Notes: generated by a model from the letters alone, not told the origin. A stretch of 64,000 bases of DNA from Dehalococcoidia bacterium (GCA_965219085.1 OZ244720.1:1344001-1408000); one strand, 5' to 3'. Shown: positions 38,864 to 49,402, numbered from the stretch's first letter. Translations and numbers: made by a program.

Positions 38864-39087
38864 CGGAAGCCCCCTACGGTCGGTACTCGCTGGCCGTTCG
38901 GCCACCGCCGGTACCCGTATTCTGTGTATACAAGTGTACGGCGCGTGGCGCTAGCGCGGCATGTGGACATCGCCCCAGACGGGCGAATTTCGAGGAATTT
39001 CCGCATCGTGCGGGCGCCTCGGGACACCCTGCGTGCATGCGGGCGCCTCTCATTGCCCGCCCCCGGACGCGCCCATAAACTCGATCC

Positions 39088-39987
39088 ATGAGCGCATCGA
39101 GCGTCGCCGTCGAGGTCCCGGCTACCTCCGCCAACCTCGGATCGGGATTCGACAGCCTCGGCGTCGCGCTCGACTGGACGCTGCTCCTGCGCTTCACCCT
39201 CCACCACGACCCACAGCCCCCGCCCCAGGATCCGATCGCGCTCATGGCCGGGCGGGCGGCGCTCACGCTCTACAATATGGCCGCGATCCCGGCCCCCGCC
39301 GGCCTCGAGGTCAGCGTCGAGCCGGACGGGCCACCGGTCGGGCGCGGGCTCGGCCTCTCGGCGGCCGCGCGCGTCGCCGGCGTGATCGCCGCCAACGCGC
39401 TCACCGGCAGCGACTACGACCCCGAGACGCTGCTCCCGCTCGCGGTGCAGCTCGAGCGCCACGCCGACAACGCCGTCCCGGCGATGTTCGGCGGGCTCCA
39501 GGTGGTGGTCGAACACGACCTCGACGGCGTACTGCACCTCGGCCTCATGCCACCCGAGGAGCTGCGGTTCGTGCTGCTCGTGCCCGACCTGACGATGGCA
39601 ACCGAGGAGACGCGGCAGCAGCTGCCGCAGCGCGTCTCCCGCAACCACGCCGTACACAACATCGGCCGCGCGGCGCTGCTCGTCGCCGCCCTCACCGAGC
39701 GTCGCTACGACCTGCTGCAGGCGGCCACCGAGGATGTGCTGCACCAGCCGGCGCGCGCCACGATCTTCGAGCCGATGTACCCGATCTTCCAGGCCGCCCG
39801 CGACGCCGGCGCGCACGGCGCGTACCTCTCCGGCGGCGGCCCCTCGATCGCCGCGCTCGCCACCGACCACTTCGAGGAGATCGCGGGCGCAATGCGCGCC
39901 GCGGCCGCCTCGCACGGCGTCGACGCGATCACGCGCATCTGCGAGGCCCGCGCGGAGGGCGCCGTGCTGCTGCCGGACGAGGCCTAG
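39088..39987 (+). CDS. thrB: Homoserine kinase
   Basis: PATSANLGSGFD, PVGRGLGLSAA, HADN, LSGGGP. Confidence 0.93.
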   Translation: MSASSVAVEVPATSANLGSGFDSLGVALDWTLLLRFTLHHDPQPPPQDPIALMAGRAALTLYNMAAIPAPAGLEVSVEPDGPPVGRGLGLSAAARVAGVIAANALTGSDYDPETLLPLAVQLERHADNAVPAMFGGLQVVVEHDLDGVLHLGLMPPEELRFVLLVPDLTMATEETRQQLPQRVSRNHAVHNIGRAALLVAALTERRYDLLQAATEDVLHQPARATIFEPMYPIFQAARDAGAHGAYLSGGGPSIAALATDHFEEIAGAMRAAAASHGVDAITRICEARAEGAVLLPDEA

Positions 39988-39996
39988 GGCCGTCCG

Positions 39997-41217
39997 ATGG
40001 CGCTCGTCGTCCAGAAGTACGGCGGCTCGTCGGTCGCCGACGCGGAGAAGATCCAGCACGTCGCGCGCCGCATCATGGCGCGCCACACCGCCGGCGACCG
40101 CGTCGTCGCGGTTGTTTCGGCGATGGGCAAGACCACCGACGAGTTGATCGCGCTGACGGCGCAGATCACCGCGAACCCGCGCCCGCGCGAGCTCGACATG
40201 CTGATGGCGACGGGCGAGGCCGTCTCCTCGACGCTGCTCTCGATGGCGCTGCACGAACTCGGGGCCGGGGCAATCAGCCTCAGCGGCCCGCAGGCCGGCA
40301 TCCGCACCGACGCCGTCTTCGGGCGCGCCCGCATCTCCGGCATCGACACGGCGCGCCTCGAGCATGAGCTCGACCGCGGCCAGGTGGTCATCGTTGCCGG
40401 GTTCCAGGGCGCGTCGGACGACTTCGACATCACCACGCTCGGCCGCGGCGGCAGCGACACCACGGCCGTCGCGCTCGCCGCGGCGCTCAACGCCGACCGC
40501 TGCGAGATCTACACCGACGTCGGCGGCGTCTATACCGCCGACCCCCGCGTCTGCCCGGCGGCGCGGCCGCTGCGCGACATCGGCTACGAGGAGATGCTGG
40601 AGCTGGCGACCACGGGCGCGCGGGTCATACATGCGCGCGCGGTCGAGATCGGCGAGCTGTACGGCGTCGCGATCCTCGTCGCGAGCACCTTCGACGCCGA
40701 GGCGCCCGGTACGCTGATCCACAAGGAGACGACGATGGAGCAGGCCAACAAGGTGCGCGGTATCGCGCACGAGTCCAACATCGCGAAGATCACGGTGCGC
40801 GGCGTGCCGGACCAGCCGGGTGTGGCGGCGCATCTCTTCGGCCCGCTCGCCGAGGCCGGCATCTCGGTCGACACGATCGTGCAGAACGCGAGCGTCGAGC
40901 AGCTCACCGACATGACGTTCACCGTCGGTCGCGACGACCTCGCGGACGCCGTGGGCGTCGTCGAGGAGGTGCTGCCCCGCATCGACGCCGCCGAGGTGAT
41001 CGCCGACCCGGACTTCGGCTCGATCTCCATCGTCGGCACGGGTATGACGAGCAGCCCGGGCTACGCCGCGCGGATGTTCGAGCTGCTGTACGAGCACGGC
41101 ATCAACATTGAGCTGATCTCGACCTCGGAGATCCGCATCACGTGCATCGTGCGCGCGGAGCAGGTGGAGGCGGCGGTGCAGGCGCTGCACGATGGCTTCG
41201 CACTCGACCGGGAGTAG
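39997..41217 (+). CDS. lysC: Aspartate kinase (alpha subunit)
   Basis: VQKYGGSSV, TLGRGGSDTTA, two ACT domains. Confidence 0.96.
   Translation: MALVVQKYGGSSVADAEKIQHVARRIMARHTAGDRVVAVVSAMGKTTDELIALTAQITANPRPRELDMLMATGEAVSSTLLSMALHELGAGAISLSGPQAGIRTDAVFGRARISGIDTARLEHELDRGQVVIVAGFQGASDDFDITTLGRGGSDTTAVALAAALNADRCEIYTDVGGVYTADPRVCPAARPLRDIGYEEMLELATTGARVIHARAVEIGELYGVAILVASTFDAEAPGTLIHKETTMEQANKVRGIAHESNIAKITVRGVPDQPGVAAHLFGPLAEAGISVDTIVQNASVEQLTDMTFTVGRDDLADAVGVVEEVLPRIDAAEVIADPDFGSISIVGTGMTSSPGYAARMFELLYEHGINIELISTSEIRITCIVRAEQVEAAVQALHDGFALDRE
40735..41217 (+). CDS. Putative nested aspartate kinase beta subunit
   Basis: AAGGAG at 40723-40728 upstream of in-frame Met247. Confidence 0.55.
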   Translation: MEQANKVRGIAHESNIAKITVRGVPDQPGVAAHLFGPLAEAGISVDTIVQNASVEQLTDMTFTVGRDDLADAVGVVEEVLPRIDAAEVIADPDFGSISIVGTGMTSSPGYAARMFELLYEHGINIELISTSEIRITCIVRAEQVEAAVQALHDGFALDRE

Positions 41218-41246
41218 ACTTGATCGAGTAGGGAAACCGGGGTCCG

Positions 41247-41729
41247 ATGCAGCGCGACCCGAGACTCGTCCGCCTCTCCGAAGAACACCACCACGGCCTC
41301 GTCTTCGCGCTGCGCCTCGAGCGCGAGCTGCCCGAGGCAGGTGACGCCGAACTCGCCGCCCTCTACGGCGACCTGCTGCGCTTCTGGGCGCGCGGCCTGC
41401 TGCCGCACTTCCACGCGGAGACCGAATGCATCATCGCACGCCTCGTCCGCCATGTGCCGGACGACGACGAGCGGGTGCGACGGCTGCAGCGCGACCACCT
41501 CGGCATGGAGGCGCTGGTGGCGCGCATGCGCGACGCCGCGGGTCACGAGGAGCGTCGAGACGCCCTCGCGACGTTCGGGGAGTCGCTGCGCGCACATATC
41601 CGCTGGGAGGAGCGCGTGCTGTTCGAGTCGCTGCAGGAGGAGCTCAGCGAGGCGGAGTTGGACGCGGCGGGCGTCGAGATCCTGGAGCGGCTGCCGAAGC
41701 CGACTCGGTCGCCGTGGGTGGAGGGGTAG
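41247..41729 (+). CDS. Hemerythrin/HHE-like protein
   Basis: LSEEHHHGL, HFHAETE, DH, HIRWEER. Confidence 0.82.
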   Translation: MQRDPRLVRLSEEHHHGLVFALRLERELPEAGDAELAALYGDLLRFWARGLLPHFHAETECIIARLVRHVPDDDERVRRLQRDHLGMEALVARMRDAAGHEERRDALATFGESLRAHIRWEERVLFESLQEELSEAELDAAGVEILERLPKPTRSPWVEG

Positions 41730-41852
41730 CCGGAGACTCCCGCTCCAGCGAGCGCGATGCGACGCAGCTCACGAGCTACGTGGTTGAGCCCAGGTGCCGA
41801 GTGCTCAATACGGGTCTACGGGCGGTTATGCTACGACCCGGGGGAAGTGAAC

Positions 41853-42047
41853 TTGGCGACTGTTCGGATTGCGGTCGAACCACGAGTCCTCGTCTGGGCG
41901 CGGCTCAACGCGGGTCTGGATGAGGACAGCGCCGCCAAGAAGATCGGAGTCTCACCTCGAACGCTCACTCGGTGGGAGTCGGGTGAACTGGATCCGACCG
42001 TCGTCCAATTGAGGAAGACGGGGAAAGCCTACGGGCGCCCCCTCTAG
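41853..42047 (+). pseudogene. XRE HTH fragment (probably a truncated XRE-ImmA/IrrE protein)
   Basis: VEPRVLVWAR...RWESGELDPTVVQLRK...YGRPL then stop. Confidence 0.6.
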
Positions 42048-42161
42048 GCCCACGCGACAGAACTTGCTGGCGGCGCTTCCTCGCCCCGTGTACTATTCCC
42101 CGTACGCCCGTTCGCGTAACGACGTAAGCCCATTCCCCGATGAGCGCGAGGCGCTAGCGCC

Positions 42162-45100
42162 ATGTTCGCCCACCTCCATACCCACTCCGAGTACTCCCTG
42201 CTCGACGGGATGAGCACGATCCCCGACCTCGTGGCGCGCGCGAAGGCGCTGGGCCAGGACGCCCTCGCCATCACCGACCACGGCGCGCTCTACGGGGCGC
42301 TCAAGTTCTACGAGGAAGCCCGCGCCAACGACCTCAACCCCATCATCGGCCTCGAGGCGTACGTGGCGCCCGGCAGCCGGCTCGAACGCAACCCGTCCGA
42401 GCGCACCCCCTACCACCTCACCCTGCTGGCGCAGAACGAGACCGGCTACCGCAACCTGCTGCGGCTCTCCTCCGCATCCCACCTCGAGGGCTTCTACTAC
42501 CGCCCGCGCGTCGACCGGGAGCTGCTGGCCGTGCACCACGAGGGGCTGATCGCGCTGTCCGCGTGCCCGTCGGGCGAGGTCCTGACGGCGCTGCAGGAAG
42601 ACCGCGACGACGCTGCGCGCGAGGCGCTCGGCTGGTACCGCGACCTCTTCGCGGGCCGCTACTACGTCGAGCTGCAGGACCACGGGCAGGAGCAGTTCTC
42701 GCGCTACACGCCGAGGCTCGTCGAGCTGGCGCGCGAGCTCGAGCTGCCGATGGTGCTGACCAACGACTCGCACTACACCACGCCTGAGCAGGAGCACCCG
42801 CACGACGTGCTGCTGTGCATCGGCACGAACGCGACCGTCCACGAGACGAACCGCATGAAGCTCGAGGGCGGCTCGTTCTACCTCAAGTCCGAGGACGAGA
42901 TGCGGGCGCTGCTGCCCGAGTTGCCCGAGGCCTCCGACGAGACGGCGCGCATCGCCGAGCAGGTCGACATCCGCCTCGACTTCGGGCGCACGCTGCTGCC
43001 CGACCCCGGCATCCCCGCGGGCGCGACGGCGGAGAGCCACCTCCGCGATCTCTCCGAGCAGGGCCTGCGCGAGCGCTACCCGCACGCCACCGCGGAGCAG
43101 CGCGAGCGGCTCGACTACGAGCTGTCGGTGATCGCGGAGACCGGCTTCAACGAGTACATCCTGATCGTGCGCGACATCGCGCGCTTCGCGCGTGAGCGCG
43201 GCATCCCGATGGGCGTGCGCGGCTCCGCCGCGGCGTCGATGGTGCTGCACTGCCTCGACGTCACCGACATCGAGCCGACGCAGTACCGGCTGGTGTTCGA
43301 GCGCTTCCTCAACCCCGAGCGGCGCGAGATGCCGGACGTCGACTTCGACTTCGCCGACGACCGCCGCGAGGAGGTCATCCGCTACGCCGCCGAGCGCTAC
43401 GGCCACGAGCGCGTCGCGCAGATCGTGACCTTCGGGACGCTGGGCGCGAAGGCCGCGATCCGCGACTCCGGCCGCGCGCTCGGCATGAGCTACGGCGACG
43501 TCGACCGCCTCGCGCGGCTCGTGCCGAACACGCTCGGCGTCACGCTCGACGGGGCACTCGCCGACGTCGAGGAGCTGCAAGCCGCGTACGAGGGCGACCC
43601 CGCGTCACGCGAGCTGCTCGACACCGCGCGCTCGCTCGAGGGCGTCGCGCGGCACGCGAGCACGCACGCCGCGGGCATCGTCATCTCGCGCGAGCCGCTC
43701 GTCGAGGTGGCGCCGCTACAGCGCGCGACCTCGGACCGCAGCGACGAGGCCGAGACGCTGCCGACGACGCAGTACGACATGAACGACGTGGCGAAGATCG
43801 GGCTGCTCAAGCTCGACTTCCTCGGCCTCGCGAACCTCACCATCCTCGGCAAGGCCGGCGAGCTGATCGAGGGCGGGCTCGACCTCGAGAGCATCCCCGA
43901 CGGCGACGAGGCGGCCGCGCAGCTGCTCGCCGAGGGGCGCACGTTCGGCGTGTTCCAGCTCGAGGGCGGCGGGATGCGCCGCTGGGTGCAGGAGCTGCAG
44001 CCCAGCGACATCCGCGAGCTCGCCGCGATGATCGCGCTCTACCGCCCCGGCCCGATGGAGCACATCCCCCGCTACATCGACGTCAAGCACGGCCGCGCCG
44101 AGGCGCACTACCCGCACGAGGACCTCGCGACGGTGCTCGACGAGACGTACGGCGTGATCACGTACCAGGACCAGGTGCTGGAGATCGCACGCATCTTCGC
44201 CGGCTACACGCTCGGGCAGGCTGACGTGATGCGGAAGGCGATGGGCAAGAAGATCGCCTCGGTGATGCTCGCCGAGCGCGAGCGCTTCATCGGCGGCGCG
44301 ATCGAGAAGGGCTACGAGCAGCGCCTCGCCGAGCAGCTCTTCGACCTCATCGAGCCGTTCGCGGGGTACGCGTTCAACAAGGCGCACGCCTTCTCGTACG
44401 CGGTGATCGCGTACCGCACGGCGTGGCTCAAGGCGCACTACCCCGTCGAGTTCATGACGGCGGTGCTGATGGCCGCGGGCGCGCACCCGACGGGCGCGCA
44501 GGACCGCATCGCGGCAGCGATCGCCGAGTGCGCCCGCCTCGGCATCGAGGTGCTCCCGCCGCACGTCAACGAGTCGGAGCAGAACTTCCGCATCGCCGCC
44601 CATGCCTCCGAGGACAGCGCCGGCTCGATCCGCTTCGGGCTCGCGCAGATCAAGACCGTCGGCCAGGGCGCCGTCGAGGGGTTGCTCGCGGTGCGCGAGA
44701 AGGACGGCCTGTTCACCTCGATCGAGGACTTCGCGCGTCGCGTCGACCCGCGCGACTGCAACCGCCGGGTGCTGGAGGCGCTCGCCAAGGCCGGCGCGCT
44801 CGACCCGCTGCTGCGGCGTGACCGCGGCGAGGATCGCTCGGCCGTGGTGTTCGGCGTGGACCGCATCCTCACCGTGGCGCAGGAGGCGCTGCGCCAGCGC
44901 GAGACGGGCCAGACCTCGATGTTCGACCTGTTCGGCGCCGAGGTGGACACGCCGCTGCCGGCGCTCGAACTCGAGGCGGTACGGACGCCGGAGCGTGAGA
45001 TCGGGGAGTGGGAGCGTGAGCTCCTCGGCACGTACGTCTCGTCGCACCCGTTCCGCCAGTCGGCGCAAGGCCTGTCGCAGTGGATCACGCACCAGACGAC

Positions 45101-45953
45101 CGAGCTGACCGCGGACCTGTCGGGCCAGGAAGCCATCGTGGCCGGCATGGTCACCGGCATCCGCAGGCTCACCACGCGCCAGGGCAAGGCCTTCGCCGCC
45201 GTCACCATCGAGGACCTCGGCGGTACTGCTGAACTGACCATCTGGCCCGACCGCTACGAGGAGCAGCAACACCGCCTCGTGCAGGGCAACGTCCTGCTCG
45301 CCAAGGTCGAGGTGCGCGAGCGCGGCGACCGGTTGACGATCGCCGTCGAGGAGCTCGCCCCGTACGACCAGGACCGCGGCAGACCCATCGAGTTCGAGCC
45401 CTCGAAGTTCACGGTCACGCGCGGTGCGCGCCGCCGCGGCCGCCAGCGCAACGGCGCGGCGACCGCCGACGCTTCCAACGGCCGAGGCCCGAACGGGAGC
45501 GGCCCAGGTGGCCCGGGTGGGGGCGGACCCAACGGCGGCGGACCCAACGGCGGCGGCCCCGGCCCGCGACTGCACGCCGTCCCGTCGAACGGCGACGCCA
45601 CCGCGAACGGCACGACCTCGAACGGCGGCTTCCCGCGCGAACTCCCCGCCGCCCCGGTCGACGGCCCGGCGCGCCTCCACATCGCGATGGAGGAGACGAC
45701 CGACGTCGCCGCGGACCGGCGACGCCTCGGGCGCATCCTGCGGCTGCTCGCCGAGCACCCCGGCGACGAACTCGCCGAGTTGGTCGTCGTCGCGCGTGAC
45801 GGCTCGGAGACGTTGCTGCGGCTGCCGTCCGTCGCGGACATCGACGCGCTCGTGGCGGCGCTGCGGCCGCTCCTCGGCGTGCTGGGACGCGCAGAGCGCG
45901 CTGGCGAGGCCGCCGAGGACGCCGCGCGGCTGGCGGCGGTCGCCTCGGGGTAG
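42162..45953 (+). CDS. dnaE: DNA polymerase III alpha subunit
   Basis: HLHTHSEYSLLDG PHP domain, PDVDFD, KLDFLGL, YAFNKAH, OB fold. Confidence 0.97.
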   Translation: MFAHLHTHSEYSLLDGMSTIPDLVARAKALGQDALAITDHGALYGALKFYEEARANDLNPIIGLEAYVAPGSRLERNPSERTPYHLTLLAQNETGYRNLLRLSSASHLEGFYYRPRVDRELLAVHHEGLIALSACPSGEVLTALQEDRDDAAREALGWYRDLFAGRYYVELQDHGQEQFSRYTPRLVELARELELPMVLTNDSHYTTPEQEHPHDVLLCIGTNATVHETNRMKLEGGSFYLKSEDEMRALLPELPEASDETARIAEQVDIRLDFGRTLLPDPGIPAGATAESHLRDLSEQGLRERYPHATAEQRERLDYELSVIAETGFNEYILIVRDIARFARERGIPMGVRGSAAASMVLHCLDVTDIEPTQYRLVFERFLNPERREMPDVDFDFADDRREEVIRYAAERYGHERVAQIVTFGTLGAKAAIRDSGRALGMSYGDVDRLARLVPNTLGVTLDGALADVEELQAAYEGDPASRELLDTARSLEGVARHASTHAAGIVISREPLVEVAPLQRATSDRSDEAETLPTTQYDMNDVAKIGLLKLDFLGLANLTILGKAGELIEGGLDLESIPDGDEAAAQLLAEGRTFGVFQLEGGGMRRWVQELQPSDIRELAAMIALYRPGPMEHIPRYIDVKHGRAEAHYPHEDLATVLDETYGVITYQDQVLEIARIFAGYTLGQADVMRKAMGKKIASVMLAERERFIGGAIEKGYEQRLAEQLFDLIEPFAGYAFNKAHAFSYAVIAYRTAWLKAHYPVEFMTAVLMAAGAHPTGAQDRIAAAIAECARLGIEVLPPHVNESEQNFRIAAHASEDSAGSIRFGLAQIKTVGQGAVEGLLAVREKDGLFTSIEDFARRVDPRDCNRRVLEALAKAGALDPLLRRDRGEDRSAVVFGVDRILTVAQEALRQRETGQTSMFDLFGAEVDTPLPALELEAVRTPEREIGEWERELLGTYVSSHPFRQSAQGLSQWITHQTTELTADLSGQEAIVAGMVTGIRRLTTRQGKAFAAVTIEDLGGTAELTIWPDRYEEQQHRLVQGNVLLAKVEVRERGDRLTIAVEELAPYDQDRGRPIEFEPSKFTVTRGARRRGRQRNGAATADASNGRGPNGSGPGGPGGGGPNGGGPNGGGPGPRLHAVPSNGDATANGTTSNGGFPRELPAAPVDGPARLHIAMEETTDVAADRRRLGRILRLLAEHPGDELAELVVVARDGSETLLRLPSVADIDALVAALRPLLGVLGRAERAGEAAEDAARLAAVASG

Positions 45954-46064
45954 CCGCGCGGCCCGCGTGCCTCGTCCCCGGGCGCACGGTCGCCCGGCCT
46001 GCTGCCCGGGACATCAGCGCACAGACGCCAACGCTCACTGCACCACGTCGCTACCATCGGGCCC

Positions 46065-47318
46065 GTGCTGCGTATCACGCCCGAGGGGCACCGAACGGCG
46101 AGGCAGTCCCGCGAGCTTCTGACGCGGCAGATCGAGCGCTCATCGCGTGGCGGACCGCTGGTGCTCGCCGCGATCGTGGGGCTGGGCGCCGGACTCGCCG
46201 CTGTCGGCTTCGCGGTGCTCGTGGAGCTCAGCGACCGCTTCTTCTTCGACGTCGTGAAGGACGAGTGGCTCGCCGGGTTGCCGGGCGCGCGGCTGATCCT
46301 GATTCCCGTCATCGGCGGGCTGCTTGTCGGGCCCATCACCCATCTCCTGGCGCCGGGCGCGCGCGGCCACGCCATTCCCGAGGTGATGGCGGCGCTCGAT
46401 TCGCGGGGCGGCCGCCTGTCCTCCACCGACGCGGTCGCCAGGATGGCGGCTGCGACGCTCACGATCGGCTCCGGCGGCGCGGTCGGCCGCCAGGGGCCCG
46501 TCGTCTTCCTCGGAGCCGCGTTCGGCTCGCTCGCCGGACGCGCCCTGCGGCTCAACGACCAGACGATGCGACTGCTGGCGACGGGGGGCGCGGCCGGAGG
46601 TGTCGCGGGGATCTTCAACGCGCCGATCGCGGGCGTGTTCTTCGTGGTCGACGATGCAGCCGAGCCCTCGAACGTCATAGCGCAACTGCGCCTCTCCGAC
46701 GCGATGGCGCCGCTGATGGAGTCCTTCGGGCCCACGGCGACCCTCGACGAAATCACACTCGCCTTCGAGGGCGACCCGGATCCGATCGCGCTGGTGGTCC
46801 GCGAGAACGGCGACATCCACGGCATCATCACCGGCGCCGACATCGGCGAGGCGCTCAATCTCTTCACCTCGCAGCGACTGCGCGCCCTGCCGGTGGTCGA
46901 GGCGGACAGCCCGAGGCGCCCGGCAGGGCTGCTGCGCCGCGCCGGCATCATGCGCACCTACGCCGAGGCCGTGGACCGTCGCGCCTCGCGTGACCGGCGG
47001 CTGCGGCTGCGGCCCGCGCTCCGCAGCGTCCGCTACCTGGAGTTGCGCGTCGCGCACGAGAGCAGCCTCCGACGGCACGCTGCTGTCCGACCTCCGTTTG
47101 ACGGAGGACCCTGTGATCGTGGCCGTCCGCCACCAGGGCGCCACGCTGATCCCGCGCGGCCAGACGCGCCTCGCAGCCGACGACCGCGTCACCATCATCA
47201 CCGCGGCCAGCTCCGTCGCCGAGGTGCGCGCCACCTTCGAGGGCCGCCCTTACGGGCTGCCCCTGACGGGCCGCACCGGGCGGCAGTGCGAGGTTCGCGG
47301 TGGGCTCGGATTCGGTAG
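46065..47318 (+). pseudogene. Decayed ClC chloride channel with CBS and TrkA-C domains
   Basis: GHAIPEV, GRQGP and FNAPIAG motifs, then an abrupt jump to the CBS region; frameshift near 47070; 3' end uncertain. Confidence 0.78.
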
Positions 47319-47370
47319 ACTGAATGAAGCTTCGAGCCGCCCCACCCGCGCAGCCAGAAAGTCGCCGGCC

Positions 47371-48372
47371 ATGACGCAGCAGACCTCGGAGCCCGAGGCG
47401 CCGCGCGCGCGCGAGTCCGCCGCCACCAACCCGGTGATCGCACGCGTCCAGGAGCAGGTCGCGCGCGTCATCGTCGGGCAGCAGCGGCTCATCGACCGCC
47501 TCTTCGTGGCGCTCGTCACCGAGCAGCACGCGCTCATCGAGGGCGTCCCGGGACTGGCGAAGACGCTCACGGTCTCGACCCTGGCGCGCGCCCTCGACCT
47601 CTCGTTCGCGCGCATCCAGTTCACCCCGGACCTGCTGCCCGCCGACATCACGGGCACGCTCGTCTACAACCAGAACGCCGGCGAGTTCTCGCTGCGTCGG
47701 GGCCCGCTCTTCGCGAACGTGATCCTCGCCGACGAGATCAACCGCGCCCCCGCCAAGGTGCAGTCCGCGCTCCTCGAGGCGATGCAGGAGCGGCAGGTGA
47801 CGATCGGCGGCGAGACGCATCGGCTGCCGCAGCCCTTCTTCGTGCTCGCCACGCAGAACCCGATCGAGCACGAGGGCACGTACCCGCTGCCCGAGGCGCA
47901 GCTCGACCGCTTCATGCTCAAGGTGATCGTCGGCTACCCGCGCCGCGACGAGGAGCGCACGATCCTCGCGCGCTCGCTCGATGGCGACGAGCCGATCGTG
48001 CATCCGGCAGCAGACTCGGCCGACCTCGCGCAGATCGGGCGCGAGGCCGCCAACGTGCAGGTCAACGAGCGGCTGCGCGAGTACATCGTGCGGCTCATCG
48101 AGGCGACGAGGGATCCGGCGCGCTACCGCATGCCGGAGTTGGAGCCGCTCATCGAGTTCGGCGCATCCCCTCGCGCGGCGACAATGCTCGCGCGCGCGGT
48201 GCGGGCGCACGCGTTCGTGTCGGGCCGCACCTATGCACTGCCCGAGGACGTCAAGGACCTCACGCCGGACGTGCTGCGCCACCGGCTCGTGCTCACGTAC
48301 GAGGCCGAGGCGCAGGGGGTGAGCGCCGACGAGATCATCGAGCGCCTGCTCGAGAGCGTCGGGATCCCGTAG
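47371..48372 (+). CDS. MoxR family AAA ATPase
   Basis: [40 protein letters not shown]. Confidence 0.95.
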   Translation: MTQQTSEPEAPRARESAATNPVIARVQEQVARVIVGQQRLIDRLFVALVTEQHALIEGVPGLAKTLTVSTLARALDLSFARIQFTPDLLPADITGTLVYNQNAGEFSLRRGPLFANVILADEINRAPAKVQSALLEAMQERQVTIGGETHRLPQPFFVLATQNPIEHEGTYPLPEAQLDRFMLKVIVGYPRRDEERTILARSLDGDEPIVHPAADSADLAQIGREAANVQVNERLREYIVRLIEATRDPARYRMPELEPLIEFGASPRAATMLARAVRAHAFVSGRTYALPEDVKDLTPDVLRHRLVLTYEAEAQGVSADEIIERLLESVGIP

Positions 48373-48374
48373 CC

Positions 48375-49397
48375 GTGCCTCGCTTCCCCTGGCTGCCGTG
48401 GCCGGGGCGCGCGCGAGGCCGGGGTGACGCCCAGGACCCGACCACTCGCCCGCTCGGCGAGGCGCCGATGCTGCCCGCCACACTGCTCGCCTCGATGCGT
48501 CGCCTCGAGCTGCGCGCGCGGCGGCTCGTCGCGACGGAGCTGGCCGGCGAGTACCGCAGCGTGTTCCGCGGCTTCGGCATCGAGTTCGCCGAGGCGCGCG
48601 AGTACGTGCCCGGCGACGACGTGCGCCTGATCGACTGGAACGTGACCGCCCGCATGGGCTCGCCGTGGGTGAAGGAGTACACCGAGGAGCGCGAACTGCA
48701 CGTCGTCTGCGCGGTCGACATCTCGGCCTCGCAACGCGCGGGCCGGCCCGAGCAGGGCCGCCGCGCGGCCGCCGCCGAGGTGTGCGCTCTGCTGACGCTG
48801 TCTGCAGCGCAGAGCCAGGACCGCGCCGGGCTGCTCACCTTCGCCGGCGCACCGGAGCGCTTCGTCCCACCCGACAAGGGCACGCGCCACGCGCTGCGGA
48901 TCGTGCGCGAGGTGCTCGACCACCCGCCGCCGGCCAGCGGTGGCACCTCGATCGCGGCGGCGTGCGACTACCTCGGCCGCGTGCTGAGGCGGCGCTCGCT
49001 CGTGTTCCTCATCTCCGACTTCCTCGACGACGGCTACGTGCGCGCGCTGCGCGACCTCGCCCAGCGCCACGAGGTGATCGCCGTCTCCATCGTCGACCCC
49101 CTCGACGAGGCGCTGCCCGAAGCGGGGCTGATCGAGATCGAAGGCATCGAGGGGTCGGGCCGCGTCCTCGTCGACAGCTCCGACGCCCGGCTGCGCGAGC
49201 GCTACGCCGCGGCCGCCAGCGAGCGCGCGGAGGCGCGTCGCGAGGTGCTGCGGTCGGCAGGTATCGACGAGATCGAGGTGCGCACCGACGACGACGCGGC
49301 GCAGCCGGTCATGACGTACTTCCGGCGGCGCGCCGCCGGGACGCAGCCGCGAGAGCGCCCCCACGGCCGACGCGCGTACCGCGCCCGCGGGATCTAG
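48375..49397 (+). CDS. DUF58 protein
   Basis: REYVPGDDVRLIDWNVTAR, ISDF; true start may be downstream. Confidence 0.9.
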   Translation: MPRFPWLPWPGRARGRGDAQDPTTRPLGEAPMLPATLLASMRRLELRARRLVATELAGEYRSVFRGFGIEFAEAREYVPGDDVRLIDWNVTARMGSPWVKEYTEERELHVVCAVDISASQRAGRPEQGRRAAAAEVCALLTLSAAQSQDRAGLLTFAGAPERFVPPDKGTRHALRIVREVLDHPPPASGGTSIAAACDYLGRVLRRRSLVFLISDFLDDGYVRALRDLAQRHEVIAVSIVDPLDEALPEAGLIEIEGIEGSGRVLVDSSDARLRERYAAAASERAEARREVLRSAGIDEIEVRTDDDAAQPVMTYFRRRAAGTQPRERPHGRRAYRARGI

Positions 49398-49402
49398 CTG
49401 CC

